Both the position numbers and the translations under genes were made by a program. Shown piece by piece: positions 33,166 to 43,736 of a DNA stretch of 61,707 nt (its first letter is position 1; each line of letters starts with the position of its first letter). The stretch is from NCBI GenBank assembly GCA_048173955.1, contig DBEYOB010000149.1, positions 1 to 61,707 on the forward strand. The letters are read 5' to 3'. The notes beneath the pieces were generated by a model. It searched no databases. It was not told the origin of the DNA and worked only from the letters and a program-made list of their open reading frames with translations. The DNA comes from Coriobacteriales bacterium (GTDB lineage Bacteria; Actinomycetota; Coriobacteriia; Coriobacteriales; UMGS124).

Positions 33166-34089
33166 TCACGCCAGGCGCTGCGTGACGACGAAGCCGCCCC
33201 GGTTGTCGCCCGAGACCGCGTGGGGCATGGGCGCGCCGTCCGGCCGGCCCGTCCCGCCGCGGCCGCCCAGGCAGACCTCGGTCAGCGGGCCGTCCTGCGC
33301 CGCGACGCGCCATATGGCGTACGCGTGGGCGCCGTCTCGGCAGACGAGGGCGGTCTCGCGCGTCGCATGGCCATCGAGCAGCTCGAGGTACTCCTCGAGC
33401 GCGAGGCCGCGCTCCGCGATGAGCGAGGCGTGCGGCCGCCCGACGTAGCGGAAGTGCCAGGGCTCGTGGGCGATGCCGGTCACGGCCTCCTTGCCGGCGG
33501 GGTAGCGCTCGATGAACCCGTAGGCGGCCGCGAGCTCGCGGAACCTCCGGCAGATGTCCTCGTAGGGAAAGGCGGGACGGATGAAGTCGAGGTCGGCGGC
33601 CGTTCTTTCCCCTTCCGCCCCGTTCCCTCCGTCCTTGCCGAGGAAGCCCAGGTCGATGGCGAGCCCCGTGTGGTGCTCGCTGCAGCCGGGCTGTGCCACG
33701 TAGCTGCGCGTGAAGACGAGGCCGTGCTCGAGCAACGAGTCGTCCCAGATGGCCTGCTGCTCGCGGCGCGAGCGCCATCCGCTGACGGCCACGATGCGCC
33801 CCCAGGCTCCCAGGCGGCGCATCAGCGCATCGAGCGGGGCGGCGGCCCTGCGCTCGAGCAGCGTCTTGCAGGCGTCGCGGTCTTTGAGGGGGACCGGGGC
33901 GTCGAGCGGGCGGTCGGCGGGGACGAGGTCGAGCGCGTCGTCGGGGACGTTCCAGGGGTGGCCTTCGTCGACGAGCGCGAGGCTGCCCGAGCATGCCGCC
34001 CTGCTCGACAGGACGATGCGCCCGGCGGCCGGGACGGTGGGGGCGACGGGTGCGGGCGCGCATGCGCGGGCGGGGGAGTGTGCGTTCAC
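33166..34089 (-). CDS. M15-family D-alanyl-D-alanine carboxypeptidase/dipeptidase (VanY-like)
   Basis: SGWRSRREQQAIW, zinc ligand motifs SEHHTGLAIDL and EPWHFRYVG. Start placed at GTG 34089 (AAGGAG 7 nt upstream). The ORF is open to 34167. Confidence 0.75.
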   Translation of the reverse strand: MNAHSPARACAPAPVAPTVPAAGRIVLSSRAACSGSLALVDEGHPWNVPDDALDLVPADRPLDAPVPLKDRDACKTLLERRAAAPLDALMRRLGAWGRIVAVSGWRSRREQQAIWDDSLLEHGLVFTRSYVAQPGCSEHHTGLAIDLGFLGKDGGNGAEGERTAADLDFIRPAFPYEDICRRFRELAAAYGFIERYPAGKEAVTGIAHEPWHFRYVGRPHASLIAERGLALEEYLELLDGHATRETALVCRDGAHAYAIWRVAAQDGPLTEVCLGGRGGTGRPDGAPMPHAVSGDNRGGFVVTQRLA

Positions 34090-34292
34090 GGCGGGTCTCC
34101 TTTCGCGTGCGGGATGGCCCCATGCTAGCAACCGCATCCGCACGCCCCTCTTACGGCAGCGTGACAAATCCTTGCGATTGGCTTAAGCTCTGTAGCTTTG
34201 AGTGGGCGTTGTCGTGCGTGCGGCGTTGGGGCCGCGCTGCGACCTGCATGCCGCCGTTGTGCGGCGGCAGGGCGGCAGGAGGTAGGGGACCC

Positions 34293-35495
34293 GTGAGAAT
34301 CGCGTTCGTTGTCGACGATATGAGCCAGAAGCGCAACGGCACCACGATGAGCGCGCTGCGCTACGCCCAGGTACTGCGCTCGCGCGGGCACGAGGTCCGC
34401 CTCGTCGGCTACGGGGCACGGGGCGAGGACAGCTTCTGGGTCGACCGCTGCCACTATCCGGTCGTCGACTGGTTCGCCTCCAAGCAGGGCTTCATTTTCG
34501 GCGAGCCTGACGAGGCGGTGTTCGCCCGGGCGTTCGACGGGGTCGACATCGTGCACCTCTACCTGCCGTTCAAGCTTGAGCAGCATGCGCTGGCGTTCGC
34601 GCGCTCGCGCTCCATCCCCGTCTCGGCCGCCTTCCACCTGCAGCCCGAGAACATGACCTACAACGCCAACCTGTACTGGATGCCCGGCGTGGCGTGGGGG
34701 ATCTACACCTACTTCCGCCGCAGGCTGTTCGACCGCGTGCGCCACGTGCACTGCCCCTCGCAGCTGATTGCGGACGACCTGACGGGGCGCTACGGCTACC
34801 GCGCCCAGATGCATGTCATCTCGAATGGGGTGAACGCCGCCTTCGGCCCGGCGCCGTCGGCCCGGCCGTTCGACGACGGGCTGTTCCACATCGCGACGGT
34901 CGGCCGCCTGGCGCGCGAGAAGGACCAGAAGACCCTGCTCAATGCCGTCATGCTGAGCAGGCATGCCGACAAGATCATGGTGCACATCGCCGGTGCCGGA
35001 CCGCTCGAGCCCCAGCTCCGCAAGCTCGGCAACCGCCTGCCGGTGCCCCCGCGCATCTCGTTCTGCTCGACCGACGAGCTCGTCGAGCTGCTGCGCGCCT
35101 GCGACCTGTACGTCCACTGCTCGGTGGTCGACTCCGAGGCGATCAGCTGCATCGAGGCGTTCGGCTGCGGCCTGGTGCCCGTGATCTCGAACTCGCCGCT
35201 CTCGGCCACCCACCAGTTCGCCCTCGACGCGCGCAGCCTCTACCAGGCACGCAATGCGCGCGAGCTCGCCCAGCGCATCGACTACTGGTTCGAGCATCCC
35301 GTGGAGCGCGCCCGCATGGCGGCGCGCTACGCGCAGGAGGGGCGCCGCTACCGGATCGACGCCTGCGTCGACGCGTTCCTCGCGATGGAGGAGGCCGCGG
35401 TGGCGGACGACCGGGAGGCCCATGGGACCGCGCGGGCCGCACGTCCGGCCGACGACCCCGCCGACCCGCGCTTGGACGGGGCCGGTGGCGCATGA
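34293..35495 (+). CDS. GT-B fold glycosyltransferase (family 4-like)
   Basis: RIAFVVDDMSQKRNGTTMS..RGHEVRLVG at the N-terminus and the C-terminal E-x7-E region CSVVDSEAISCIEAFGCGLVPV. GTG 34293 with GGCAGGAGG upstream. Confidence 0.85.
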   Translation: MRIAFVVDDMSQKRNGTTMSALRYAQVLRSRGHEVRLVGYGARGEDSFWVDRCHYPVVDWFASKQGFIFGEPDEAVFARAFDGVDIVHLYLPFKLEQHALAFARSRSIPVSAAFHLQPENMTYNANLYWMPGVAWGIYTYFRRRLFDRVRHVHCPSQLIADDLTGRYGYRAQMHVISNGVNAAFGPAPSARPFDDGLFHIATVGRLAREKDQKTLLNAVMLSRHADKIMVHIAGAGPLEPQLRKLGNRLPVPPRISFCSTDELVELLRACDLYVHCSVVDSEAISCIEAFGCGLVPVISNSPLSATHQFALDARSLYQARNARELAQRIDYWFEHPVERARMAARYAQEGRRYRIDACVDAFLAMEEAAVADDREAHGTARAARPADDPADPRLDGAGGA

Positions 35496-36376
35496 GCGGA
35501 CGTCCCGCCGACGCGTTCCTCGCGATGAAGGAGGCCGCGGCCGAGGGTGCGCCGCACGGCGTCGCGCACGCGCTGCGCGCGGCGTTCTACCATGCCGTCG
35601 CCGTCCCGCTGCTGTTTATCGCCTGCAAGGTGTGGTTCGGCCACCGCGTCGAGGGGGCCCCGCGCTCCTCGCTGCCGCAGGGGGGCTACGTGGTGGTGGC
35701 CAACCACGTGCACTATCTCGACTGCGTCCTGATCGCCCTGGCGGTGTGGCCGCGCCTGGTGGTGTTCCTGGTCGACCGCTGCAACTGGGACCATCCCGTC
35801 ATCGGCGTGTTCATGCGCCTGTTCGAGTGCATCCCGACCGGTGAGACGCTCGCCCAGACCCGCGCGATGCTGAAGGCGGTGGGCGAGGTGCCCCGGCGCG
35901 GCGGCGTGCTTGCGGTGTTCCCGGAAGGGGAGCGGACGAACTACCATCGGGGCCTGGGGGAGTTCAGGCCGGGGGCCTTCAGCGTGGCGTCCCATGCGGG
36001 CGCGCCCGTGGTGCCGGTCGTGCTCGTGCAGAACCCCCGGGCGCGGGGGCTGTGCCGGCTGTTCGGCCATCCCGGGTTCACCGTGGTGCGCGGTATGGCG
36101 ATCGGGGCCGAGGACGCCGCCGGGATGGAGGGGCGCTCTGGGGCGGAAGGGTCCGCCGGGGCGGAAGAGTCGGTCGGGGCGGAAGGGTCCACCGGCCGAG
36201 GGGATGCCGGCCGGGGGGATGCCGGGGCGGAGGGGTCCGCCGGTCAGGGACGCGTGGACCAGGGACGCGCGGGGCGCGTGGGCCATACGGGCGCGCCGGC
36301 GCGCCGGGCGACGGCGGAGCTCGAACGGCGGGTGCGCGCCGCGATGGAGGACATGCTGTCAGGGCGGTGGGGTTAG
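35492..36376 (+). CDS. 1-acyl-sn-glycerol-3-phosphate acyltransferase-like (PlsC family) with a Gly/Ala/Glu-repeat C-terminal tail
   Basis: HX4D motif ANHVHYLD and FPEGERT. ATGA overlap with the glycosyltransferase stop. Confidence 0.85.
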   Translation: MSGRPADAFLAMKEAAAEGAPHGVAHALRAAFYHAVAVPLLFIACKVWFGHRVEGAPRSSLPQGGYVVVANHVHYLDCVLIALAVWPRLVVFLVDRCNWDHPVIGVFMRLFECIPTGETLAQTRAMLKAVGEVPRRGGVLAVFPEGERTNYHRGLGEFRPGAFSVASHAGAPVVPVVLVQNPRARGLCRLFGHPGFTVVRGMAIGAEDAAGMEGRSGAEGSAGAEESVGAEGSTGRGDAGRGDAGAEGSAGQGRVDQGRAGRVGHTGAPARRATAELERRVRAAMEDMLSGRWG

Positions 36377-36498
36377 CGCCGGAGGGCGGCGGGAACGCGC
36401 CGAGGGCGGGCGGCGGCCCCGACCGCAGCTGCTTGCGGGCTGGACCGCGGTTGCCTGCAGATCGGGGCCGCGGTTGTCTGCAGGCTAAAACCGCGGTT

Positions 36499-36684
36499 GT
36501 CTGAAAAAAGTGCCGTTGCGAACGAAATACGGAGGGGGCGTTTAAGTCTCGCTCGAGTTGACAGTACGTTATTGGAAAGCTGACTTTTCACAATGAGAGT
36601 TTAACGTTATTTCAACCTCGCCATACCGGTCGGTTGGGTTTTCGGCGGGCCGAAAAATCGTTCGCAACGTTCACTTTTTCAGAC
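36499..36684. repeat. MITE/REP-like palindromic element (arms GTCTGAAAAAAGTGCCGTTGCGAACGAAAT / AAATCGTTCGCAACGTTCACTTTTTCAGAC) around an AT-rich core
   Basis: The arms are near-perfect reverse complements. A related element lies at 60677..60851. Confidence 0.7.
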
Positions 36685-36829
36685 ACCGGCTCTTGCATGG
36701 TGCGGACCGCCCGGCTGCCCCCCCCCTGCTGCCCGGCACCCCTGCCGCCCCGGCTGCCCGACCACCTTGCCGCTTCGGCCGCCCCGGCTGCCCCCGGCCG
36801 TCTGCCGCCCCAATCGCCCGACCACCCTC

Positions 36830-37507
36830 CTACCGCGTCCTCTTGTCGATGACGCGCGCCACGAGGTTGCCCGCGCTCTGGACGACCTGCACGAGCACGA
36901 CGCACAGCAGCACGGCGCCCACCATGACGTCGGGCTGCCAGCGCTGGTAGCCGTAGCGGATGGCGATGTCGCCCAGGCCGCCGGCGCCCACGCATCCGGC
37001 CATGGCGGCGTAGCCGAACAGCGTGATGAACGTGATGGACGCGCCGCGCACGAGCGACGGCAGCGCCTCCTTGAGGTAGACCTTGTAGACGATCTGCCAG
37101 GTGTTCGCCCCGAAGCTCTGACCGGCCTCGATGAGGCCCGCGTCGACGTCGGCCAGGCTCTGCTCCACCATGCGGGCCACGAACGGGGTCGCCGTGACGA
37201 CGAGCGGCACGATGGCGCCGGGCACGCCGAGCGAGGTGCCCACCACGAGGCGCGTGAAGGGGATGATGGCGAACAGCAGGATGATGAAGGGAATCGATCG
37301 CCCGATGTTCACGATCCATCCCAGCACGGTGTTGACGCCGCGGTTGGGATGCAGGCCGCCGCGTGCGGTGAGCACGAGCAGCACGCCGAGCGGGATGCCG
37401 AGCGCGTACGCCACGAGGGTCGACACGCTCGTCATGACGATGGAGTCCCAGGTGCCCTCGAGGAGCAGCTCGCCGTACTCGTTGAAATACTCGGTCAGCC
37501 ATGCCAT
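36830..37507 (-). CDS. metI: Methionine ABC transporter permease
   Basis: GTWDSIVMTSVSTLVAYALGIPLGVLL..IGRSIPFIILLFAIIPFTRLVVGTSLG matches the MetI pattern. Starts 2 nt after the metN stop. Confidence 0.9.
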   Translation of the reverse strand: MAWLTEYFNEYGELLLEGTWDSIVMTSVSTLVAYALGIPLGVLLVLTARGGLHPNRGVNTVLGWIVNIGRSIPFIILLFAIIPFTRLVVGTSLGVPGAIVPLVVTATPFVARMVEQSLADVDAGLIEAGQSFGANTWQIVYKVYLKEALPSLVRGASITFITLFGYAAMAGCVGAGGLGDIAIRYGYQRWQPDVMVGAVLLCVVLVQVVQSAGNLVARVIDKRTR

Positions 37508-37508
37508 G

Positions 37509-38375
<867 letters not shown>

Positions 38376-38548
38376 GTGCTCGTGCGCCCTCTTCGTGTCG
38401 CGGTTTCGGTTGCAAGGCGGGCTGTGGGTGCGCGCCGCCGGTCAAACGGTCGGGTATGGTTTGGTGCAGGGTTTATTGCGGGTGCAGTACGGTGCGGGGC
38501 AGCCCGGCGAGGCCCGGCGCAGAGCCTGTCGGGCCGTTGCGCCGGGCT

Positions 38549-38564
38549 GCCCGTCCGGACGGGC
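38549..38564 (-). terminator. 16-nt GC palindrome GCCCGTCCGGACGGGC immediately after the metQ stop. Could be an intercistronic hairpin or a partial terminator.
   Basis: Read from the sequence. Lies in the 194-nt metQ-metN gap. Confidence 0.3.
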
Positions 38565-38569
38565 GCGCT

Positions 38570-39526
38570 TTAGAACACCGGGACGACGGCCCCGCCGAAG
38601 GTCTCCTCGATGAAGGCGCGGTTCTCCTCGGAGGTCAGGGCAGCGGCGAGCGCCTGGACCTTGTCGAGGTTCTCGTTGCCCTCGCGCACGACGAGCACGT
38701 TGGCGTAGGTCTCGGCGGCGAGCGAGTCGCTTGCCTCCAGGGCCAGGGCGTCGTCGAGGCTGAGGCCCGCGTTGAGCGCGTAGTTGCCGTTGATGCAGGC
38801 GATGTCGACGTCGGCGAGCACCGAGGGGATGGTCGCCGCCTCGAGCTCCTGGAAGTCGAGGTTCAGCGGGTTGTCGGTGATGTCGCGGATGGTCGCGTTG
38901 ATGCCGGCGTCCTCGGCGAGGGTGAGCAGGCCTTCCTGCTCGAGCAGCAGCAGCGCGCGGGCCTCGTTGGTCGTGTCGTTGGGTACGGCGACGATGGATC
39001 CCTCGACGAGGTCGTCGAGGCTTGCCGTGCGTCCGGCGTACAGCGCGAACGGCTCGAAGTGGACGGCGACGACGGAGGCGAGGTGGGTCCCGCGCTCCTC
39101 GTTGAAGCTTTCGAGGTAGGGGCCGTGCTGGAAGAAGTTCGAGTCGACCTCGCCCTCCTCGGTCGCGGTGTTGGGCACCACGTAGTCGGTGAACTCCTGG
39201 ACGTCGAGGGTGTAGCCCTGCTCCTCGAGCAGGTCCTTGACCGGGCCGTTGAGGATGACGGCGTGCGGGGTCGGGGTGGCGGCCACGCTGATGGTGGTGT
39301 CGTCGGCGATGGTGGGCTCGGGGGAGCCCTCGGCCTCCGAAGAGTCGCCGGACGCGTCGTCGGGGGATGCGCCGTCGTCCGAGGAGCATCCCGCGAGGGC
39401 GAGCGAGGCTGCGGCGACGCCGACGCCGGCGATGAACGCGCGGCGCCCGAACGCGCGGGCGCGGTCGGCGGAGGAGGTACGGGCAGAGGCGGAACGGGTA
39501 GAGCGGGGGTTGGTGGAAGCAGGCAT
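38570..39526 (-). CDS. metQ: MetQ/NlpA-family methionine-binding lipoprotein (Tat-type signal with lipobox)
   Basis: FGRRAFIAGVGVAAASLALAGCSS (RR motif plus LAGC lipobox), then ISVAATPTPHAVIL..YTLDVQEFTDYVVPNTATEEGEVDSNFFQH. ATG 39526. Confidence 0.9.
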   Translation of the reverse strand: MPASTNPRSTRSASARTSSADRARAFGRRAFIAGVGVAAASLALAGCSSDDGASPDDASGDSSEAEGSPEPTIADDTTISVAATPTPHAVILNGPVKDLLEEQGYTLDVQEFTDYVVPNTATEEGEVDSNFFQHGPYLESFNEERGTHLASVVAVHFEPFALYAGRTASLDDLVEGSIVAVPNDTTNEARALLLLEQEGLLTLAEDAGINATIRDITDNPLNLDFQELEAATIPSVLADVDIACINGNYALNAGLSLDDALALEASDSLAAETYANVLVVREGNENLDKVQALAAALTSEENRAFIEETFGGAVVPVF

Positions 39527-40239
39527 GGCGGGTGGCCTTTCTGGTCGGCGGAACGGGGTGGGCGAAGGTGCTGGTGCGTCGCCGGGATTGCCCGGGATTG
39601 CGCCTGCGATTTCCGTGATTGCGCCCGGGGGTCTCCGGGACCGCGCCCGGGGTCGTTTCCGGTGACGTTCCCGGGGCGACGGGCGGCGCGCCTGGCTCTT
39701 CCGCGTCTTGGAAGACGGATCCGACCGAATGCTGTTCCGCACCATATGCAAAAACCGCTGCACGCCATGGTTGTTTGGCGGGGGCGAACGCCGAGCCGGG
39801 GCCGGGCGTCTGCGCGGTATGGAAACTGTGCGGTGGCTGGTTGGGCAGCCGGAGGTCAACGGAAGGACGCGGAAGAGACGCTATGCGCAAACGGGCATAG
39901 AAACGGCGCGGCGCATAGCGCAGGGCATGTACATCGACATTCGACGCATTCGCATGGTGCGGGCCGCGGTCTCCAACGTCTTCCTCCTCTCGGTGCCTCG
40001 AATGGGCTTGTCCTGGCAATGGCCTGTCTCGTGCGGCATGTGCGCCTCGCGCAACAGGCTTGGCGGAAGATATAACCGCTTCGCGCGGTCTTGTCAAGCG
40101 ATCGGAGCCGGCGGGGGACGGGCGGCCGGCCGGACGAGGTTGTGCGGCAACGCCCGAAGGGTCGCGCAGGGGCAGGCGGTGGCGATCGAGCGGTGGCGGT
40201 GGCTGAGCGGTGATAGCCTAGCGGCAGTGGTGGCCGGAC

Positions 40240-40338
40240 GGCTGCGATGGTCGAGGGGGCGGTTGCCGAGGGGGGCGGTTGCCGGACGGCTGCGGTGGTC
40301 GAGGGGCTGCGGTGGTCGAGGGGCTGAGGTGGTCGAAT
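40240..40338. repeat. Tandem GC-rich repeats. Three exact-phase 17-nt units GGCTGMGGTGGTCGARK at 40288-40338, plus degenerate copies upstream, running into the terminus of the adjacent palindromic element.
   Basis: Units at 40288-40304, 40305-40321 and 40322-40338 were read directly. An earlier related copy GGCTGCGATGGTCGAGG starts at 40240. Confidence 0.7.
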
Positions 40339-40561
40339 TGCCTTCGAGTGCGTGATTTTCAAAAAGTGCCGGTCATTTTACCAACGAGTGCGTGCTCTCG
40401 AGGTGCCTCATAGGCGCCTTTGTGCTCATCGGTGTGATAAAACACCAGGTCGCAGTTGCCGGCTGACGGATTTTGCCCTGCAGCGAAAGCCGTGCCGCAT
40501 ACACTCGCTGGCAAAATGACCAACACTTTTTCGATTCCATACATTCGGCCAGAAATTGACC
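40331..40561. repeat. MITE/REP-like palindromic intergenic element, homologous to 13405..13646
   Basis: Left arm is GGTCGAATTGCCTTCGAGTGCGTGATTTTCAAAAAGTGCCGGTCATTTTACCAACGAGTGCGTG. The right arm (40498-40561) is its imperfect reverse complement. The arms are about 80% identical to those at 13405..13646, while the cores are unrelated. Confidence 0.7.
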
Positions 40562-40845
40562 AAGCACCCTATGTGTGACCACACATCCTCCATGTGGCAC
40601 GCGCCGCTCCCTCGCCCGCTTCCCATCGTCCGTCCCATCGGCCCCTTTACTGCCTGTCCCATTTTGCCCGTCCCATCGTCCACCACAAAACGCCCCGCCT
40701 GACCGAGGCGTTCGCGGCCAGGCGGGGCGAGTCCTTGCGATAGGGTTGAACGGTTCAGGCCCCGTGGTAGGAACGGGTCTCTGCCGGGACATGTCGGGTG
40801 CGTCCCTGCTCCATGACGGTAACCGGTTGCGTCCCAACGTATCTC

Positions 40846-42399
40846 TTAGATGTATGCGTCGATCTCGCTCTTCTCCCAGGTGGCGAGCTCAGGAGCCTGC
40901 GGATCCTCCGTCGCGGCGCGCGTGCCGGAGAGCTTGCCGTACGCGAGGGCCTGAATGAGACCGTTGCCGCTCATGTACGCCGCTCCGCCGCGCGAGGAGT
41001 AGCCCTCGGTGCAACCGCCGGCCGCGAACAGGCCCTTGATGATGGAGCCGTCGGCGCGCAGCGCGTGGCCCGTCACATCGGTGACGATGCCGCCCTGCGT
41101 GTGGCGAATCTCTCCCGTCTGCTTGACGGCATAGTAGGGACCGTCGAAGTTTGCGGGCAGCTTGGTGCGGTTGAAACGGTCTTCTCCCTTGGCGATGCCG
41201 TCCTGGTAGTCGGCGAAGGTCATGGCGAGCTTTTCGGGGTCGACGCCAATGGCCGCGGCAAGTTCTTCGGCGGTCTCGCCGGTATAGACGATGCCTGCCT
41301 CTTGCCAGCTTGCAAGCTTGGCGCTCTTTTCGGCCTGGATGTCGGTGAAGCACAGGAAGGCGACGTGGTCGGTCTGGGCCACCACGTGCGGCGAAAGCTC
41401 GGAGTAGCCGGTGTACTCGTTTGCGAACCGGTTGCCCTCAAGGTTGACCATAATGCCGCCGTTGTTAGCGATGCCCTGTTCTCCGGTCGTGCCGTTGTCG
41501 ATGCAGTGGAACGCGTGTCCCTGGTAGGCGCCCATGTTCTGGAGGTCGGCACCCAGTTCCTGGGCCCACAGGATGCCTTCGCCGGTTGCGCCGGGGGCGA
41601 CGACGGGCACGGCCGCTGCGGCTTCGGGGCAGTATTGGGCGATCATGTCGGGGTTGTTGCCGAAGCCGGTGGTAGCGAGCACGGTCGCCTTTGCGGTGAT
41701 GGCGACCTCGGCACCTTCGGCGTTGGTGCCGTATGCGCCGACCACGATGTCTCCGTCGACGACGAGGCCCTGGGTCTGGAACTCGAGCATCTGCTCGATC
41801 GCATCGACGGCGCCCATGGAGTCGATGAGCGGCTGCATGAGACCGGCGCCGCCGCCGTCTGCCGTGTGCATGCGATAGGCGGTCTGGCCATAGTAGAGCG
41901 TTTCGTCGAGGGTCCAGACCACGCCGTAGCCCTCGGTCCATTCGATGAGGTCTTTGGAGTTCTCGACGACGGTATAGACCAGGTCCTCGCGGACGCTGTA
42001 GTTGCTCGGGCGGAAGATGTCCATGGCGCAGGCGCCGATGCTGTCCTGCTCTCCGCGTTCTTCCTGCAGTTTGGTGCCCACCGCCGGGATTTTGCCGCTC
42101 GACATGGCCGAAGCGCCGCCAAAATAGCCCATCTTCTCAAGTATGATGACCTGCGCACCCTGCTCGGCGGCCGCGAGCGCTGCGCAGACGCCGGCGCCGC
42201 CTCCGCCGATTACGAGGACGTCGCAGGAGGCCTGCTCCATGTCCGCGACGTCGGCCGGCGTTTTGGCATAGACGAACGAGGCCGCGGTGCCTGCCTCCCC
42301 CTCGGTCGCACTGGCCTGCGACGCGCCGAGCGCTCCCAGCGCACCGATGGCGGTTGCGGCAGCGGCACCCTTGATGGCGTCTCTTCTGGTCAAATCCAT
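40846..42399 (-). CDS. Tat-exported FAD-dependent flavoprotein reductase (flavocytochrome-c fumarate-reductase-like)
   Basis: Signal MDLTRRDAIKGAAAATAIGALGALGASQASA, FAD fold CDVLVIGGGGAGVCAALAAAE, C-terminal HTQGGI..GLFAAGGCTEG. ATG 42399 with AAGGGGGA upstream. Confidence 0.9.
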   Translation of the reverse strand: MDLTRRDAIKGAAAATAIGALGALGASQASATEGEAGTAASFVYAKTPADVADMEQASCDVLVIGGGGAGVCAALAAAEQGAQVIILEKMGYFGGASAMSSGKIPAVGTKLQEERGEQDSIGACAMDIFRPSNYSVREDLVYTVVENSKDLIEWTEGYGVVWTLDETLYYGQTAYRMHTADGGGAGLMQPLIDSMGAVDAIEQMLEFQTQGLVVDGDIVVGAYGTNAEGAEVAITAKATVLATTGFGNNPDMIAQYCPEAAAAVPVVAPGATGEGILWAQELGADLQNMGAYQGHAFHCIDNGTTGEQGIANNGGIMVNLEGNRFANEYTGYSELSPHVVAQTDHVAFLCFTDIQAEKSAKLASWQEAGIVYTGETAEELAAAIGVDPEKLAMTFADYQDGIAKGEDRFNRTKLPANFDGPYYAVKQTGEIRHTQGGIVTDVTGHALRADGSIIKGLFAAGGCTEGYSSRGGAAYMSGNGLIQALAYGKLSGTRAATEDPQAPELATWEKSEIDAYI

Positions 42400-42642
42400 G
42401 GTGTCCCCCTTCGTGTAGGCTTTGACGAGCCGATGCGAGCATATCAGGCGGGCGTCGTGTTGCCCCAATGACAAAAAGGGTGGCACGATATAAAAGGTGT
42501 TGTCAGCCTATGCACAATGCGAATGCATGCGCTGCGGAAGACGTCGCTGTCGGGATGTTCGGGCGGGTGGACGCAGTCGCCGCCGCTTGGGTATCATCGT
42601 TGCCGTGGGCAGGGCGGGGGTGCCGCGTCGGAAGGGGACGCT

Positions 42643-43581
42643 TTGAACACGGAATATCTGAGGGAGTTCGTCGTCTTCGCCGGATACATGAACTTCACGA
42701 CGGCGGCCAAGGCGCTCGACATGTCTCAGCCGACCCTGAGCCGGCATATCTCGGAGCTCGAGCGCCACTACCGGTGCGAGCTCGTCGACCGCGCCGCGGT
42801 CCCCCTGAGGCTCACCTACTGCGGCAGGACCCTGCTCGAGCACGCCCCCAAGCTCGTTGCACTCGAAAACACCCTGGACGAGCTCATGGGGGAGGCTCGC
42901 CGTGAACCGTACGACAACCTGGTGATTCAGCGGTACCGGAAGTCCCCTATGGTGCACCGGTTGCTTTCCGACGCGGTCAACGCGACGAAGCTTGCCCATC
43001 CAGGGTTTACGTTCACGCGCAGGCCGCTGAATCCGGGAGACGATTCCGGGCATGCCGTGCTGTGCGGTGACCTCGACGTGGGCATCGTCTCCTGCACTAC
43101 GGACGGCGAACCGATATGCCCGGTCGATTCGCGCCGGGGGCTGGGGGTCTTCGAGCTGGCGGGATATAGCGAGGGAATACGTTTTGCGGTTGCCCGGACG
43201 AGTCCGCTGGCGTTACGCGAGGGGCTATCGCTGGCCGAACTTGCCGAGAGCTGCTTCGTTTTTCCCTACAACCCCGAGTTTGGCCGTTGTCTACCCGATG
43301 TCGAGCGACTGTTCGAGGCGCGAGGGCTGAAGTTGCGGTTTCGCCGCCACGAGCTGAACGACGTCGAGGAGCTCGGCCTCATGGGCATCGGCCCCAACGA
43401 CGTGTTTATCGTCGTGGAGAGTGCCGCCCAGTCTCCCGATGCGTTCTACCTGCGCAACCCGGACCTGGTAATCGTTCCTTGCGCGGAACCCATCCGCGTG
43501 ACGCGCTATCTGGTGTACCGCGACGGGGATGAAAGCCCTGCCCTGCGGGCGTTCCTGGAAAAACTGGGAGAACTTGTCTGA
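42643..43581 (+). CDS. LysR-family transcriptional regulator, divergent from the flavoprotein gene
   Basis: HTH LNTEYLREFVVFAGYMNFTTAAKALDMSQPTLSRHISELERHYRCELV. TTG 42643 with GGAAGGGGA upstream. The start is uncertain. Confidence 0.8.
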   Translation: MNTEYLREFVVFAGYMNFTTAAKALDMSQPTLSRHISELERHYRCELVDRAAVPLRLTYCGRTLLEHAPKLVALENTLDELMGEARREPYDNLVIQRYRKSPMVHRLLSDAVNATKLAHPGFTFTRRPLNPGDDSGHAVLCGDLDVGIVSCTTDGEPICPVDSRRGLGVFELAGYSEGIRFAVARTSPLALREGLSLAELAESCFVFPYNPEFGRCLPDVERLFEARGLKLRFRRHELNDVEELGLMGIGPNDVFIVVESAAQSPDAFYLRNPDLVIVPCAEPIRVTRYLVYRDGDESPALRAFLEKLGELV

Positions 43582-43620
43582 CCAACGGTTCAGGTTTTGC
43601 CGGGGGACTTCAAACGCGCC

Positions 43621-43654
43621 GGGGCGCCGGACGGTGTCTCCCGCCCGGCGCCCC
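43621..43654. terminator. Hairpin GGGGCGCCGG-N14-CCGGCGCCCC between the convergent LysR and purL genes
   Basis: 10-bp perfect stem read from the sequence. Confidence 0.35.
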
Positions 43655-43736
43655 GCATGGGCTGCTCGCATCTCGTACCGTCCCGGCGTCTTCATCCGGC
43701 GTGTCGGGCGGCGCGGTCCTGCCGTCGCGCCCCAGC

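Noticed and set aside
39527-39900. SAM riboswitch upstream of metQ.
   Set aside because: I found no GAGGGA..GCAACC (SAM-I), SAM-IV or SAM-VI core by eye. Only reiterated CCCGGG/GCAATC motifs are present. This is kept as a low-interest note rather than a feature.
40140-40340. CRISPR-like array suspicion from regularly spaced GC-rich repeats.
   Set aside because: The 17-nt units are contiguous with no spacers, there are only 3-4 copies, and no cas genes are present. It is a simple tandem repeat.
39708-40355. 215-aa plus-strand ORF in the 1.3-kb metQ/flavoprotein intergenic region.
   Set aside because: The translation is Arg/Gly/Trp-rich and partly encoded by the tandem repeats. There is no RBS and no motif.
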